Positions 1-15,000 of a stretch of 64,000 nt of DNA are shown here, one piece after another (position 1 is the first letter of the stretch; every line of letters begins with the position of its first letter). The stretch lies in NCBI RefSeq assembly GCF_009914755.1, contig NC_060940.1. One strand, given 5' to 3'. A model generated the notes under the pieces. That model did no database searches and was not told the origin of the DNA. It worked only from the letters and a program-made list of their open reading frames with translations. Source of the stretch: the human T2T-CHM13v2.0 reference genome, Homo sapiens. Made by a program: the position numbers and the translations under genes.

Positions 1-231
1 CAGAGCCCCCTCCAGCTGGTCCCCCTGCAGAGCTGGTTCTGGGATGGTGCCGCAGACACCCGCTTCCTGTTCCATCAGGCCTTGGTGGAACGGCTCTGTT
101 TTCCCCCAGGAAGCTCCAAATCCACAAAGTCAACAATTCTTAAAAGCCTGCCCGCTTTCCCCCCTCTTTCCTTTCAGCGTTTAACAAATATCAAACGTGT
201 GTCCCTCCAAACCACCTTCCAAATTTACAAA

Positions 232-529
<298 letters not shown>

Positions 530-1532
530 AAAATTTACAAACTTTTAGGTCCCCTTTGGAGCTGCCACCCTATGGACCGCCCTCACAGAACACAACACCT
601 CAGGGAAGGGGTTGGCTAAATGCTCAGTCGTCTGTCCTTTCTCGATCTTTGCGCAAGCCTGGCTGTTCCTCTGACAGCTCTCAAAAATTCATCCCTGGTC
701 TGACAGTTAAAAATAATGCATTTATTTTTTGTGTGCACAAAGGTGACTTTACAGCCTCCCAGGGTTTTCCCAAGTTACAGACACCACTTGCCACCACTTT
801 TCTTCATCTTCTCTTACCTGGCCAACAGCAACGGGTCAGCAGATGCTTTTCTCACGCACCTTCCCTCTCCCATGCAAATGACTCCCTAACCCGCCATCCA
901 CCTGGCAGACACCTGTGTCCCCTGTGCTGTGTTGACATCACCCTTCTGGAAGTGCTTGGTACCAACTGTCCCCTACAGCCACTGGGCTGTCTTGTCACAC
1001 ATTGCCATATGGCATGTCCTCGTTTTGCATATTTAAATCGCTATATCAAGAATATTAACAAAGAAAAAAGGGTATGAGATCTTCCCACTAAGCATCGGGT
1101 GGAAATTCTCACATTAGTAATAATGCAATGTGAACCCAACCCCCAGGATGGAGAAGCCACTCAGAAGCTGGCCGGCCATCCTGTTTTGGGTGCAGTCCCA
1201 GACACAAGGACAAGCCCTCCCTGGGAGGCGGGTTACTCCTCAGAGTCTGGAAAAAGAGACTGTTTCCCCATCCACGTGCACATTTCATTACACCAGTGAA
1301 TCCTGATACCTGGGTAATTTCAAGCTTTTACCAGAGCAAGAGAACACCCTAATACCCCCAAGGAAGCCCCAAACGCCTCCTGGAAAACCAGAGTCCAGGA
1401 ATGGAAAAATACATCAGAGAAAAATTCTATCTGAAAATGTGGAATTACCAACATGCAAAAGATGCCAGAACCAGAAAGCCTAACCTGAAGGTCCACATAT
1501 TTTGTAAAATTTGCACAAGAATAGATAGAACC

Positions 1533-1931
<399 letters not shown>

Positions 1932-2762
1932 TCAAGGGAAATCAATCATGTTAGGCCACTGCTGAATACCTCCAAGGGTTTCCCATAGCACTGAAACCCC
2001 AAACTTAGGACCCTGCTTACAAAGGTGGGTCTGGTGGTAGATGCCACCCACCTCAGCCCTCCCTAGGACACCAATTGCACTGGCCTACCTTCTGCCCCAG
2101 GGCCTTTGCACCAACCAGGCCCTAAGCCTGCTGTGTTCCCTGCCTTCTTCAAGGTCAAGTCAGGTCACAGCCTAAATGTTACCACCTTAAAGATTTAGCA
2201 TTTAACCTGCCTTTGCAGTATTCAGGGTAAACAAATATTTAATGAGGAAAGCTTTCCCTTGATAAGGAGTAGCCCAGCTAATAAGTGAAGAAATAATAGA
2301 ATGAGAATATCATCATTTTGCCAGCTCCAAATAAATAGGAGATTTGGGCAATGATCATCAATGGCTAATAACATCACAAAACAATCAGTGAGACATGTAT
2401 CTCCTGATCAGATACACTGACTAACACACATGAAGCAGCCATGGAGAAAAAGTAAAACTGCTCCTAAATGAGATCAAGTGTCTAGATTTAACTATCAGTT
2501 CACAGAAAACACAGGGGTACAGAAGAACATGTTCAACAATGCTGTGGGGCTATAATCATCAAAACATCCAAATCCCGACTGCAGGGATCCTACAGGATAC
2601 ATGATTCAGTTTCTTCAACCAAAATTGCAAGGAAGGAAAAAAAAAAGTTAGAAGAGGAACATACAGGTAAAGAGACTTTAGAGACATATCAATTCATGTA
2701 ATGTGAACACCATGTTGGCATCTGGATTTAAACAAAGCAACTATCAAAAAACACATGTATTA

Positions 2763-2909
2763 GGCTGGGTATGACAGCTCACACCTGTAATTCCAGCACT
2801 TTGGGAGGCCAAGGTGGAGGATCGCTTGAGCCCAGGAGTTTGAGACCAGCCTGGGCAACAAAGCAAGAACCTGCCTCTACAAAAATGAAAATTAAAATAA
2901 ATAAAAATA
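2763..2909 (+). mobile_element. Alu monomer (FLAM-like)
   Basis: Single left arm plus A tail; flanking CATGTATTA repeat. Confidence 0.85.
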
Positions 2910-3020
2910 ATCCATGTATTAGGGAATTTTTAATATGAACTCAATATTTGATGATTCCATGAATTTATAATTTTTAGGGGTCTGATATTGCAGTCTTGTT
3001 AATAAAAAAAGAGAGATACA

Positions 3021-3305
3021 GGTCAGGCATGGTGGCTCACACCTGTAATCCCAGTGCTTTGGGAGGTCGGAGTGGGAGGATTGCTTGAGCTCAGGAATTC
3101 AAGACCAACTTGGACAACACGGCAAAATCTCATCTCTACTAAAAAAAAAAAAAAAAAAAAAAAAAAATTTAGCCAGGCATGATGGTGCGTGCCTGTAGTC
3201 CCAGCTACTCAGGAGACTGAGGCAGGAGGATGGCTTGAGCCTGGAAGATCAAGGCTGTAAAGAGCTATGATCGCGCTACTGCACTCCAACTTGGGTGACA
3301 GAGAC

Positions 3306-3336
<31 letters not shown>

Positions 3337-3358
3337 CAGAGAGAGAGAGAGAGAAAGA
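3021..3358 (+). mobile_element. Alu (AluJ-like) with expanded middle A-tract and (GA/GACA)n tail
   Basis: Alu dimer; long A run at about 3141-3167; GA-rich tail 3300-3358. Confidence 0.9.
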
Positions 3359-3480
3359 AATAGGGATGAAATGATATAACCAAGATTTGTTTGAAAATAA
3401 TTGAGTAAACGGAAGCAGGGAGTGAGGGGTAGTGTATAGATGAAACAGGACTGGCTGTGAGTGGGTATCTGCCGAGGATG

Positions 3481-3632
3481 GATGATGGGTTCATGGGGTC
3501 TGCTGGTTCATACTCTACTTGTGGATATGTTTGAAATTATCCAACTCAGGAACACAGATGATGGGTTCATGGGGTCTGCTGGTTCATGCTCTACTTGTGG
3601 ATATGTTTGAAATTATCCAACTCAGGAACACA
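3481..3632. repeat. 76-bp tandem duplication (2 copies, 1 mismatch)
   Basis: 3481-3556 equals 3557-3632 except tact/tgct. Confidence 0.95.
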
Positions 3633-3667
3633 GAAGGTTCATTTTTTTAAAAAAGTTCCTTCCTTCT

Positions 3668-3942
<275 letters not shown>

Positions 3943-6049
3943 CTATCCCTCTACAACAGGTACCTCAACAACCCCTAGTCACCCATCTTATGTTTGATTT
4001 TAATTCTTTACCTGACCCTTATATTTTTTTCTTTTGATTTACTCCTCATAAACCCTTCTTGATGTAAGCTGCACAAGAGCTGGGGCCTGGCCACCCACAT
4101 TGACCACCATGTCTCTAGGGCTTTGAAGATACCTGGCACATGGGAAGCTTCATTAAATACACATTAGAAAACATAGAAGCACATGTACAAACAAGACCAC
4201 ATCAATCATTCAGTAGCAACTCAGAGCGTCGTGCTCTCTTGTCTTTGTAGGAAGTCTTGAGGGGGCGTTCATCCCCCTTCTTAGGAAGATGTGAAAGTAT
4301 TCCCGGGCCACCCAAACAGTTTAAGCATTGTATCTTGGCAACAGACTGTCATGTATCGATAGACACACAAGTAAAGCTTTGAAATCTTTCTCTAAACTTG
4401 TGAATGAAGCACCAAATACCATGGACAGAGCAGCAGTTGACCTCTCAGGTGGCCCACACTCTTGGGCCTCACTGCATGGCCACCCATGTTATCGATCAGT
4501 TGATCACATACTGGCACATCAGGACCACCAATTCCAATCCCAACAGCTATGGCCTATATCAGAATCCAACCAAGAATGAAAGCCATCAATCATCTACATA
4601 GCAGGCTATTTGGAAACATCCAGATGTTAGAGTTTTGAAGATGATGCCTAGCGCAATCTAATGGAAGTGTTGTTCAATTTATGAGCCGTGATGATGCCAC
4701 CTGAAAAATGAGACTGTCCTGTAATCCTGGAGGATGCAAATAAAGATGTGGGCCAGTGCATTTCCAGCCAGGATAGCCCAAATGGGTGTTAGGTGAGGCC
4801 AATATTCCTCTACCAATGAGGCTATTTTAAAAAGTGGATTTTGCATTCCTGCCTACTGTCAGGATAGTGACAGCCGGCTGAACCACCCTAATGAATTATT
4901 TTAAACAGAAGATGAAACATTAACTTAGGAACCTGAGAGAGAGGCTTTCACTTTCTTAAGATGAACCTGTGACTTGAAAGAGTCTCACCAACAAGTATTT
5001 ATGGATGACTTCCATGTGCCCAGGCAGGGCACAAGACTGAGGACTCAGTTGAGAACCAGGTAAGGTCAGAAAGGGAAGAGACCAATGGGAAAAGGGCTTG
5101 TGGCTGAGATCCCTCCAAGGTGCCATCCACTAGCCCAGCAGAACCCTCAATATACACACAAGCCCGTTCAGCCCCGAGTTGGGCTCTGAGTGCCATGGAT
5201 CTGTCTTCACCTTCATGGCGGCCCTGTGCTGGGCCATATCAGGCATTTGGGCTGTGACAGCCCTTGTTAACAGTAGTGCTTGGCTCGCTCTCTGGTGAGC
5301 TCCCAGAATGAACTTGGATCTTGTCCCCACCCAATGTGCCAACCCAAGGGCACACTGACAAGGAGTATGCTGTCATAGGCTATAGGGACAGGTATAGGCA
5401 ACAGAAAGAGAAGGCGAGTTTTTGCTACTGAGATGGAGGGTACCTCCCACTACCTGTGACTGGCCAAAGAGGAAGGCTGTGGGTTGGAGGTGGTCAGGGT
5501 CACCTCCAAACTCATCACAAATGAGGGCTTCCACCATCAGGACTGGCTCTTCCCAATTCTGCTGCTGACCAAGGCTTCTGTATCCACAGAGAAGCCCTCT
5601 GTGGGGCTGTGTGCCCTGCAGGCTGAGGTCATGGTTACGCCACTCATGCTCCTTTGAGGCATGAACTCTGGAGTAGGGCTCCCCTTGCCCTACACAATGG
5701 AGGAAACGCCATGCTGAAGATTCCACATGCCACCGGGACAGCCCTAAGTGGGAAAGGGAGACCCGGGGCTTCTCTGAGCTCAACATACTCCTCCCACACA
5801 AAGGAAGCGGGTGTACTGAGGCTGCAGCCCAGAAAGATAATGTGATGCGGTCGTGAGATGCCCAAATTGGAAGGAGGAAAAAAAGGAACAAAGAAATCAC
5901 TGTGGACAGATGAAATGAAAATCTGGCAGGGCTCTGTCCTAACAAATGATCCTAAAATGAAATAACACTAACTTTTCTCCTTTGGCAGATACACAGAGAG
6001 GGAGAGTGAGAGCAGTAGCCAGAGAGGGAGGGTCAGAAAGAAGGTTGCA

Positions 6050-6210
6050 CCCACTATGTGCCAGGCTCCACACTAAGTATAATGACACTTTATGTACATT
6101 CCCTCACTTAACTGTCAAACAAAGATTAATGAGGTAGACCCCCTGAGGGTGCATTTGCGTCCCCTTTTATAGGTAAAAGAATTGAGGCTCAAGAAGGGTG
6201 CAATTGGGAG
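6050..6210. mobile_element. MIR fragment
   Basis: cactatgtgccagg...ttttataggtaaaagaattgaggctca MIR core. Confidence 0.6.
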
Positions 6211-9200
6211 CCCCTGAAACAAACATGTAGACATTTTTTTGTGCATGTGCATTCATGAGCATTCTTCTGGGGTGAGGGATCATTTCTTTCATTAGATTAC
6301 CTGAAAAGGTAAGAAATCCTCAGGTTATATAACTTGACCAAGGTCACTAAGCTCAGAAAAGCTGGGATCTAAACTCCTATGTGACTTATAAAAGCTTCTG
6401 CAACCAGATCTGATCTGAAAGCCCCCAGTCTTCACTGAGTAAGAAAGAAAAAGAAATACAAGAGTTGAGGAGATGGAAAAGGAAATGAGATGGGTGCTGG
6501 GTCTAAGTAGAATGTCCAAGGACATTTACAAGCCCCTTTCACTATCCCAGAGGTTCTTCAAAGCCATGGCACCTCTTTGAACATCTTCAGTGTACAGAAG
6601 TGACATGAACCAACCCCACAACAACCCCACCCATTCACCATCCACACAGGCACAAACCCACCGACCTGCAGTTCCACCTTAACTGAAGCCAGAGAATGAC
6701 CTGGAAACAATGGGATAAGCAGGAAATATCCAGATTCCCTAAATTATCATCTCTCTGGAAGTTCTGCAAAATATGAACAGTCATTATCTTGCCTGTATTG
6801 CTTTTCTTAATTTGGAGAGGGAACTGTGTAGAAAGTAATTAAGAGTGCACCTCATTGGCATGAATGTTTCCCACCATGGGCTGAACAGAAGATGATGTGG
6901 TGGGTCCAGTGTCAAGTCTCACTAAGCCAGCATGAGACTGTCCAGGCGGCATCCTCAACCCCACAGGAAGCTGAGGAAGCTGTCATCTGTGACTCTGCTG
7001 GGAAGAAGCTCAGCATTAATTCTACTCCACCAGGTGTCAATAATGTCAGTGTGGCATATTATGTGATTACTCTGAGTGGTTACACAAAATTTAGAAGAAA
7101 AAACTGCACTAACAGCATCACTCGCAGAGCAGAACTCTGGAAACGTGCACTTTACGCAATGGAGAAGTGCACTCTGTCTAATCCTGAGCAGGAAGATGAG
7201 AACGATTTTATAAGTGTGTCCCCTTCTATCTGGAAGATTGCAAGACACATGGAACGCCTTTCAGAAGACAAAACATACCAAAACATACCAAAATCTAAGA
7301 CTGTAAGAAGCAACATCGTAATCCCATGCTAACGTTAATACCCTCATGGAGTACGACTACCCATGAGCAAACTCTTCTTCCATTTATTGTTGACACCAGT
7401 TTAAACATGTAATCCACATTTATTTTGATTGGATCATCTATTTTTGCTCTTGCAGTCATTTCCTGTCAAGTTTCTAGCCAAGGTGAAAAGTAGCGAACCC
7501 CCAGAGTAGACTCTTTGACAGGGGAAAAAAAAAAAGAAGAAGAAGAAGGGATGCTGTCTGTGCCCAGGCACTATTTTCTTAAGGTGGCAGCTTTCCTCTT
7601 CTAATGATACCTCTGGTCACTGCACCAACCAGTTGAGTCGGTTTTTCTGGAAAGTTCTCACCAATCACTGAAAAGGGTGTTTGTGGAGGCCAAAAATGGT
7701 GACAATATCAAGAGCCGCACAGAGTCTGCCAAGGAACCCACGGGGCTCCGACAAGATGGCGCCCAAGGAAGCAAGGAACTAACTGAGCCACTGACGAATG
7801 GGATAGATTCTGGACAAAAGTAATGTAAGACATGATCCCTGCCCCAAGATGTTTCCAATTTTAGGGATGAATAGTAAGCAAATACTAAGTAATCAGCCAA
7901 ACGAGGCTGTCCAATCTTTTTGGAATAACATGAGATACATAAGTAATACATAAATATAATTGGGTGCAAGGGTCAGTGGTACAGATTCACTGCTATATTC
8001 ATTTACAAAAGTGGGGAATGAGGGAGGTATGTGTGGTTTTGATGATAACATCATTTTCACCCTCCCTTCTTACCCATTCCTGCCCTTCATCTTATTCTCT
8101 CCCACTTGGAGAATCAGCGCCTATCCAAGGCCCAAGCTCACATCCTCAGATCATCCTTACCTGCTCTCTTCCCCATTTCTCCCAGGTGGAACCACCTAAA
8201 AACAGCATTAAGTGTCTCACTCTAACCTAGACCCTCTGGCATCCTGCACCTTACATAAGCTTTCCCTCACATTCTTCCATCTTCCACTGGGGAGCCAGTC
8301 TTACCCTCTAAAACAAGGAGAGATCAGGTGACTTTGCCAGGTCCCCCAGATCTCAGGGCTCCGCACTCCCTAGAGGGGAAAGTCCTTGCTTCTCCCCCTC
8401 CACCCGTTCGCGCTCTATCTTTGGCTACAACTACATCCCATGACCTTTATACACTGGCAGATCTTCAGTTTTCAGGGTCCACATCGACAGGCTTCTTAGG
8501 AATCTTCTCCTGTTAGACAGTGAGATTCCTCAGGCACAGAGAGCCTCCTGGTCACCTTCTGCACCTCCACCTTGATTGCTTCTCCAGGCTCAAGGCTCAG
8601 TAGCCCTCTGTTCACCTCAGGAGTTGTAAGAAACAACCCTATTGTACATAACAGCCTTGGAGATGAAAGCAGGAATAATTACCTCCAGAAAGGAAGAGTG
8701 GGTCTTGGCAGGAATTCTAAGAATGGACAGGAGAAAAAGCTGACGATGATTTGACATGAAAGGAAGAAAAATCAGAAGGCTGTATTTCCAAAATCCAAAT
8801 AACAGAGAAAGGGTGAAAGGTGAAGATGAGACTATGCTTTCTGAGCCATCCCAGGGCAAACATCTGCTTTCTCATTCATTTCCTTCAGATAAGGGAGAGA
8901 AGACGGAAAGGAAGGCAGGAAGGACTTCAAATTTTTAACAGTTTTAGTAGAGAAAATGGAAAATTAATCAAATGCTATTACCAGGCCTTACATTTAAAAA
9001 ATACTGGGGAGACTAGAAACACGAAACAGCAAGCCTGGCCCTGGAGCCTTCACTTTCCCTTCTGTGAGCTCTTGCACAGTTACCAGCCCCTCTGCCATCA
9101 TCCTTCAAGGACCAGCCAGCCAGAGCCCTCGCCAACCAGAGGCTCAGTTATAGCAGAACACACTGATGAGAGCTAAAGGTGTTTTTTTTTCTTAAATAAA

Positions 9201-9919
9201 AGATTTAGAAATAAGTTACAATTTATCATAATACCAACTTTCACATTCTAAGACCCTGTTACCCAGGCTCTGTCCAAGGTAACACATGATCTTCCTTCTT
9301 ATTCTGTAATAGTTTCTTTGTCCACTTCCCAAAGCCTCCATTCCTCGTTTGACACCATGAGTGATCAGTGACATTTTAGAAAATTCTTCCCAGTCTTTTT
9401 AAAGTTCTAGCCTGCTGAATTTCCTGATCATCTAGAAAACCGGGAAGGGGAGTATAGGCTAAAAATAAACCTTAATGACCACCACTTTCATTTGCCAAAT
9501 ATTTCTCCCTATTGATTTTTATTAGCCATTTTTTCAAAACAATCTCATTTAAACAATTCAATTCCTTATTAAATCATCTCCAAGCATATCCTCACTAGAT
9601 TCTCATTAATTACAAAGGGAAAAATAGTAACTTCAGAATGGATAACCCCAGAAGGAACCACCATAACTAACTGACCAAAGCTGATGCCCGCAATCAAGAG
9701 ACAAATCAATATCATGTATCTCATGAAACAATACACGAGAAAGAACACGCTTTCTTTTTTGGCATTTCTACCAAAATACACAGCCTGATTCTAATCATAA
9801 GGAAGCATCACATGAACCCAGTTGAAGGATACTTGACAAAACAGCTGACCTACACTCTTCAAATATGTCAAGGTCATAAAAGGGCAAGACAGAGGAACAA
9901 TGCTAGATTAAAGAATATG

Positions 9920-10225
9920 GGCCAGGTGAGATGTAATCCCAGCACTTTGGGAGGCCAAAGCGGGCAGATTGCTTGAGCCCAGGAGTTCAAGGCCAGCCTG
10001 GGCAATGTGGTGAGACATCATCTCTACAAAAAATACAAAAACTAGCCAGATGTGGTGATGCATGCCTGTAGTCCCAGGTACTCAGGAGGCTGAGGTGGGA
10101 GGATCACTTGAGCCCAGGAGGTGGAGGTTGCAGTGAGCCAAGATCTCGCCATTGCACTCCAGCCTGGGTGACAGAGCTACAGAGCTAGACCCTGTCTTTA
10201 AAAAAAAAGAAAAAAGAAAAAAAAA
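9920..10225 (+). mobile_element. Alu (AluJ/S-like)
   Basis: Alu dimer with small 5' deletion; AAAGAATATG / AAAGAACATG flank this Alu and the next together. Confidence 0.9.
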
Positions 10226-10226
10226 C

Positions 10227-10557
<331 letters not shown>

Positions 10558-10969
10558 CTAAATATACCTTGTGATCTAAGATATTCTTTTCATACAAAGG
10601 ATATTATTAGGAAAATTTGAATAAGGACTATAATAACCTAATAGTTTTATAGCAATGTTAGTTCTCTGATTTTGATCATTGTTCTGTGGTTATGTAAAAT
10701 ATCTTTGTTCTTAGGAAATACACACTAACTTATTTTGATGTCAAGGGGCACCATGTGTGAAATTTACTGTGAAATCCTTCCCAAAAAAATGGCAATGTGT
10801 ATATTTCTATTTATTCTCCGTCTTTATGGAGAGAGTAAGATTATGAATGCGAGAGAGAAGTCAAAAAAGGAAATGTGGTAAAATGCTAATATTTGGGGAA
10901 TGCAGGTGAGAGAATTTTCTTACTATGTAAAGTACATTACTTTTCTATAAGTCTGAAATTATATCAACA

Positions 10970-11575
<606 letters not shown>

Positions 11576-11602
11576 AAAATTTTAAAAATTTTTTAAGGAA
11601 TT

Positions 11603-11924
<322 letters not shown>

Positions 11925-12268
11925 TTACAAATTGAAATTAAAATAAGATTCCTAACATCCCCAGTCCAATTATATAATTTTGTATTCTTAAGTATTGCAA
12001 TTATATATATTATGCATATTTCAGATGATATGCAAATTTCATTTACTACTTATTGTTTCCATATTGAGGAAAATGTTCAATGAAAACAGAGCTCCTATCA
12101 GCACTTGCAGTTCCCCTCCAATACAAATAGCCCCAAAATCAACATATTATTCCCCTCTTTAAGGCTTTCTTTTTACTCAGAATTCAACATGTGAAAGTAC
12201 TCTCTAGGTTCTCAATTTGTTTAGGAGATTACGAGAAAAATAGGAGTTTTCAGGTATTTGTGTTTTGC

Positions 12269-12557
12269 TTTTTTTGAGACAGAGTCTCACTGTGTCATCC
12301 AGGCTGGAGCACAGTGGGGTGATCTTGGCTCACTGCAACCTCCGTCTCCCGGGTTCAAGCAATTCTCATGCCTCAGCCTCCGGAGTACCTGAGACTACAG
12401 GCACGCGCCACCATGTCTGGCTAATTTTTTGTATTTTTAGTAGAGAAGGGGTTTCACTATGTTGGCCAGGCTCGTCTCAAACTCCTGACCTCAAGTGATC
12501 CACCCGCCTCGGCCTCACAAAGTGCTCAGATTAGAGGCATGGGCCACGTGCCTGGCC
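12269..12557 (-). mobile_element. Alu (AluS-like)
   Basis: Full dimer. Confidence 0.92.
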
Positions 12558-13989
12558 ATGTATTTGTTTTAAATAAATCTATGATATTCACACTCACCTA
12601 CACGCCTTTCAAAAGATGGTGGGGGGTGGGGGATGGGCAAAACTAGACTTCCGAAAGATGGAAGAAAATGGGATTGCAATTTTTGGCCCTGCCCAAGATC
12701 CTCTCTTTAGGCAGAATGGCCTGCTCATTGGCTCCCGACCAGAGTCCTGAACTCCCACAACAGCCTGGGGTCTTCTTCCTCTGTCTCTACTGATTTATCT
12801 TTCCAGTTTCAGCCTGACTCTCTCCTTAGAGCTTCCCCACCATTCAGTCCAGGAATTCCTCACCCTCGAAGGCCCAGAGTATTTACTTCCTGTTCCACTC
12901 TCTGGTACTCACTACGGATCATCTTGAACCCTGTTAACCTTCAATGGGCGTATTTTTCCCATCCTTCCAAAAGATCATAGGCTGGGCTCATTTCTTCTGT
13001 TCTTTTTATATTCCCTCACAGCAACCAGTATTTACAACTAACAGATGTTTAATAAACAGCTGCAAAGCTCAACATGCCCTAATGTTTTCAATGCAAGAAT
13101 GAAGGGGAAAGAATGCCTCTGAATGACTCCAAAAGCATGCTTGGAGAAAATGGCAAATGTTTCTGCTGCACATTTAGAGGCCCCAGAATACAAATTTGCA
13201 TTTGCACGACTTCCCTTTTCAATGAGAATTCAGGTACGTTCTTTCATTTTATCTTATTAGTATGATGAGATTTGTTCTTGATGAATCCGTACCACCTCAG
13301 CTACTCGTCATCATTCCATTATCACTACGTGTTTATAGATTTTCCCTTTTATTACTCATTTTATTTTTTCCATCAAGTATAGTTCATATACGAGGTAGTA
13401 ATTACCAGGTTTTCTGCTCCTTACACTTCAAGTTCGCCAATTTTTTTCTGATCATAAAAGCCTAAGTGCCTATTGTCAAAAATCTTGAAAACAGAGAAAG
13501 TATGAAGACGAAAATTGTCCATAATCAGTGCTGTCTTCATATAGATATTTTAAAGGAAACTGTGACAATTATATGTGTTTTTGGGTCTTGCTACCCACCC
13601 CTCAGTCTACGGAGCTTGCTTCCATATCCTTAAATATTAATCAAGAACATTATTCTTAATGGCTACACAGATTTCCACCACATAATCGTAACACAGTTTA
13701 CTTAATCTTCTTATATTTTAAAAGGCGTATGGCTGATGTTTCTAATTGCCTTCGTAATAAGCATACTTCCTTGCTAACAGAACACTCACTTTATTCAAAG
13801 CACAATACCCTCAGCCAAAACCTGTTGTCTGTTGTGCCCGAGGACAGTCATATGATGCAGTCCCAGCCAATGAGATGTAAGATAAAGCAAGTGGGCGGGG
13901 CTTTGGAGGAAACTTTTAAAGAGGTGGTCTTTCGTGACGCATGCACTCTCACCAGCCTCACTTTCTTGTGCCTGGAGCTCAGATGGAGG

Positions 13990-14292
<303 letters not shown>

Positions 14293-14457
14293 TGGAGGAG
14301 CCATCTTTAGACCATGAGGAGGCAACAAGCGCTTGGTGAGAATGGCTACATGGAAACATAGAAGGAAAGTGGATGTCTGCTGACTCAGTGGAACCTTCAC
14401 TTCTGCACCTGACTGCCCTCCTCCCAAGGCTGCTTATATAAGGAAAAATGAAACCTC

Positions 14458-14585
14458 TTTTTTTTTTTGAGACAGGGTCTCGCTGTGTTGCCCAGGGTAG
14501 ACTCAAACTTCTGGGCTCCCAGTATCCTCCTGCCACGGCCTCCCAAAGTGCTGGCATTGCCGGCGTAAGCCACCACACCATGCCC
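14458..14585 (-). mobile_element. Alu monomer (FLAM-like)
   Basis: Single arm with T-tract. Confidence 0.8.
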
Positions 14586-14948
14586 TCCTAACTCATTAAA
14601 GCCACTTTGGAGTGTTTCTGTGATCTATAGCTGAGTGGTGTGAAACAAAAGAATAACCTTTTTTTCCCCCACCTTCTGCTGTCTTCATAGCCTGTGATAC
14701 AGCTTCAAAAACAAGGACCAAGACCTACACACCACAACTGCTGGGGTCATCCAGTCCAACCTGGGACAGAAGTCCTGGACAGGAGAGGTGTCAGGTCTCT
14801 CTTCCTCTGAAAGGGGGCTGCCTAACCTGTTGATGCTGTGCTCCCATCAAGAAGCTCACAGAGAATGATATGGGCCAGTGTTTGTTCCGTTTTAGTGCTC
14901 ATACAACTCTAGCTGAGATTAACCAAGAAAACTGCCCCTTACTGGCTC

Positions 14949-15000
14949 AGGGAACTCCCATAGAGAATTCCCATAGGGAACTCCCATAGGGAATTCCAAA
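14949..15000. repeat. 13-bp tandem repeat x4 made of kB-like sites
   Basis: agggaactcccat / agagaattcccat / agggaactcccat / agggaattccaaa. Confidence 0.9.

Larger units (their letters stand above)
2230..3545 (+). mobile_element. Old L1 (L1M-type) 3' end, interrupted by Alus
   Basis: A-rich text with L1M 3'UTR-like phrases (gagactttagagacatatcaa; gatgatgggttcatgggg...ctctacttgtggatatgtttgaaatt). Confidence 0.6.

Noticed and set aside
4686-4705. GTGATGA...CTGA as a C/D-box snoRNA
   Set aside because: Boxes only a few bases apart, no terminal stem, and antisense to the host gene
14949-15000. Short direct repeats (also 3481, 21570, 25323) as CRISPR-like arrays
   Set aside because: Head-to-tail units with no unique spacers, eukaryotic context, no cas genes
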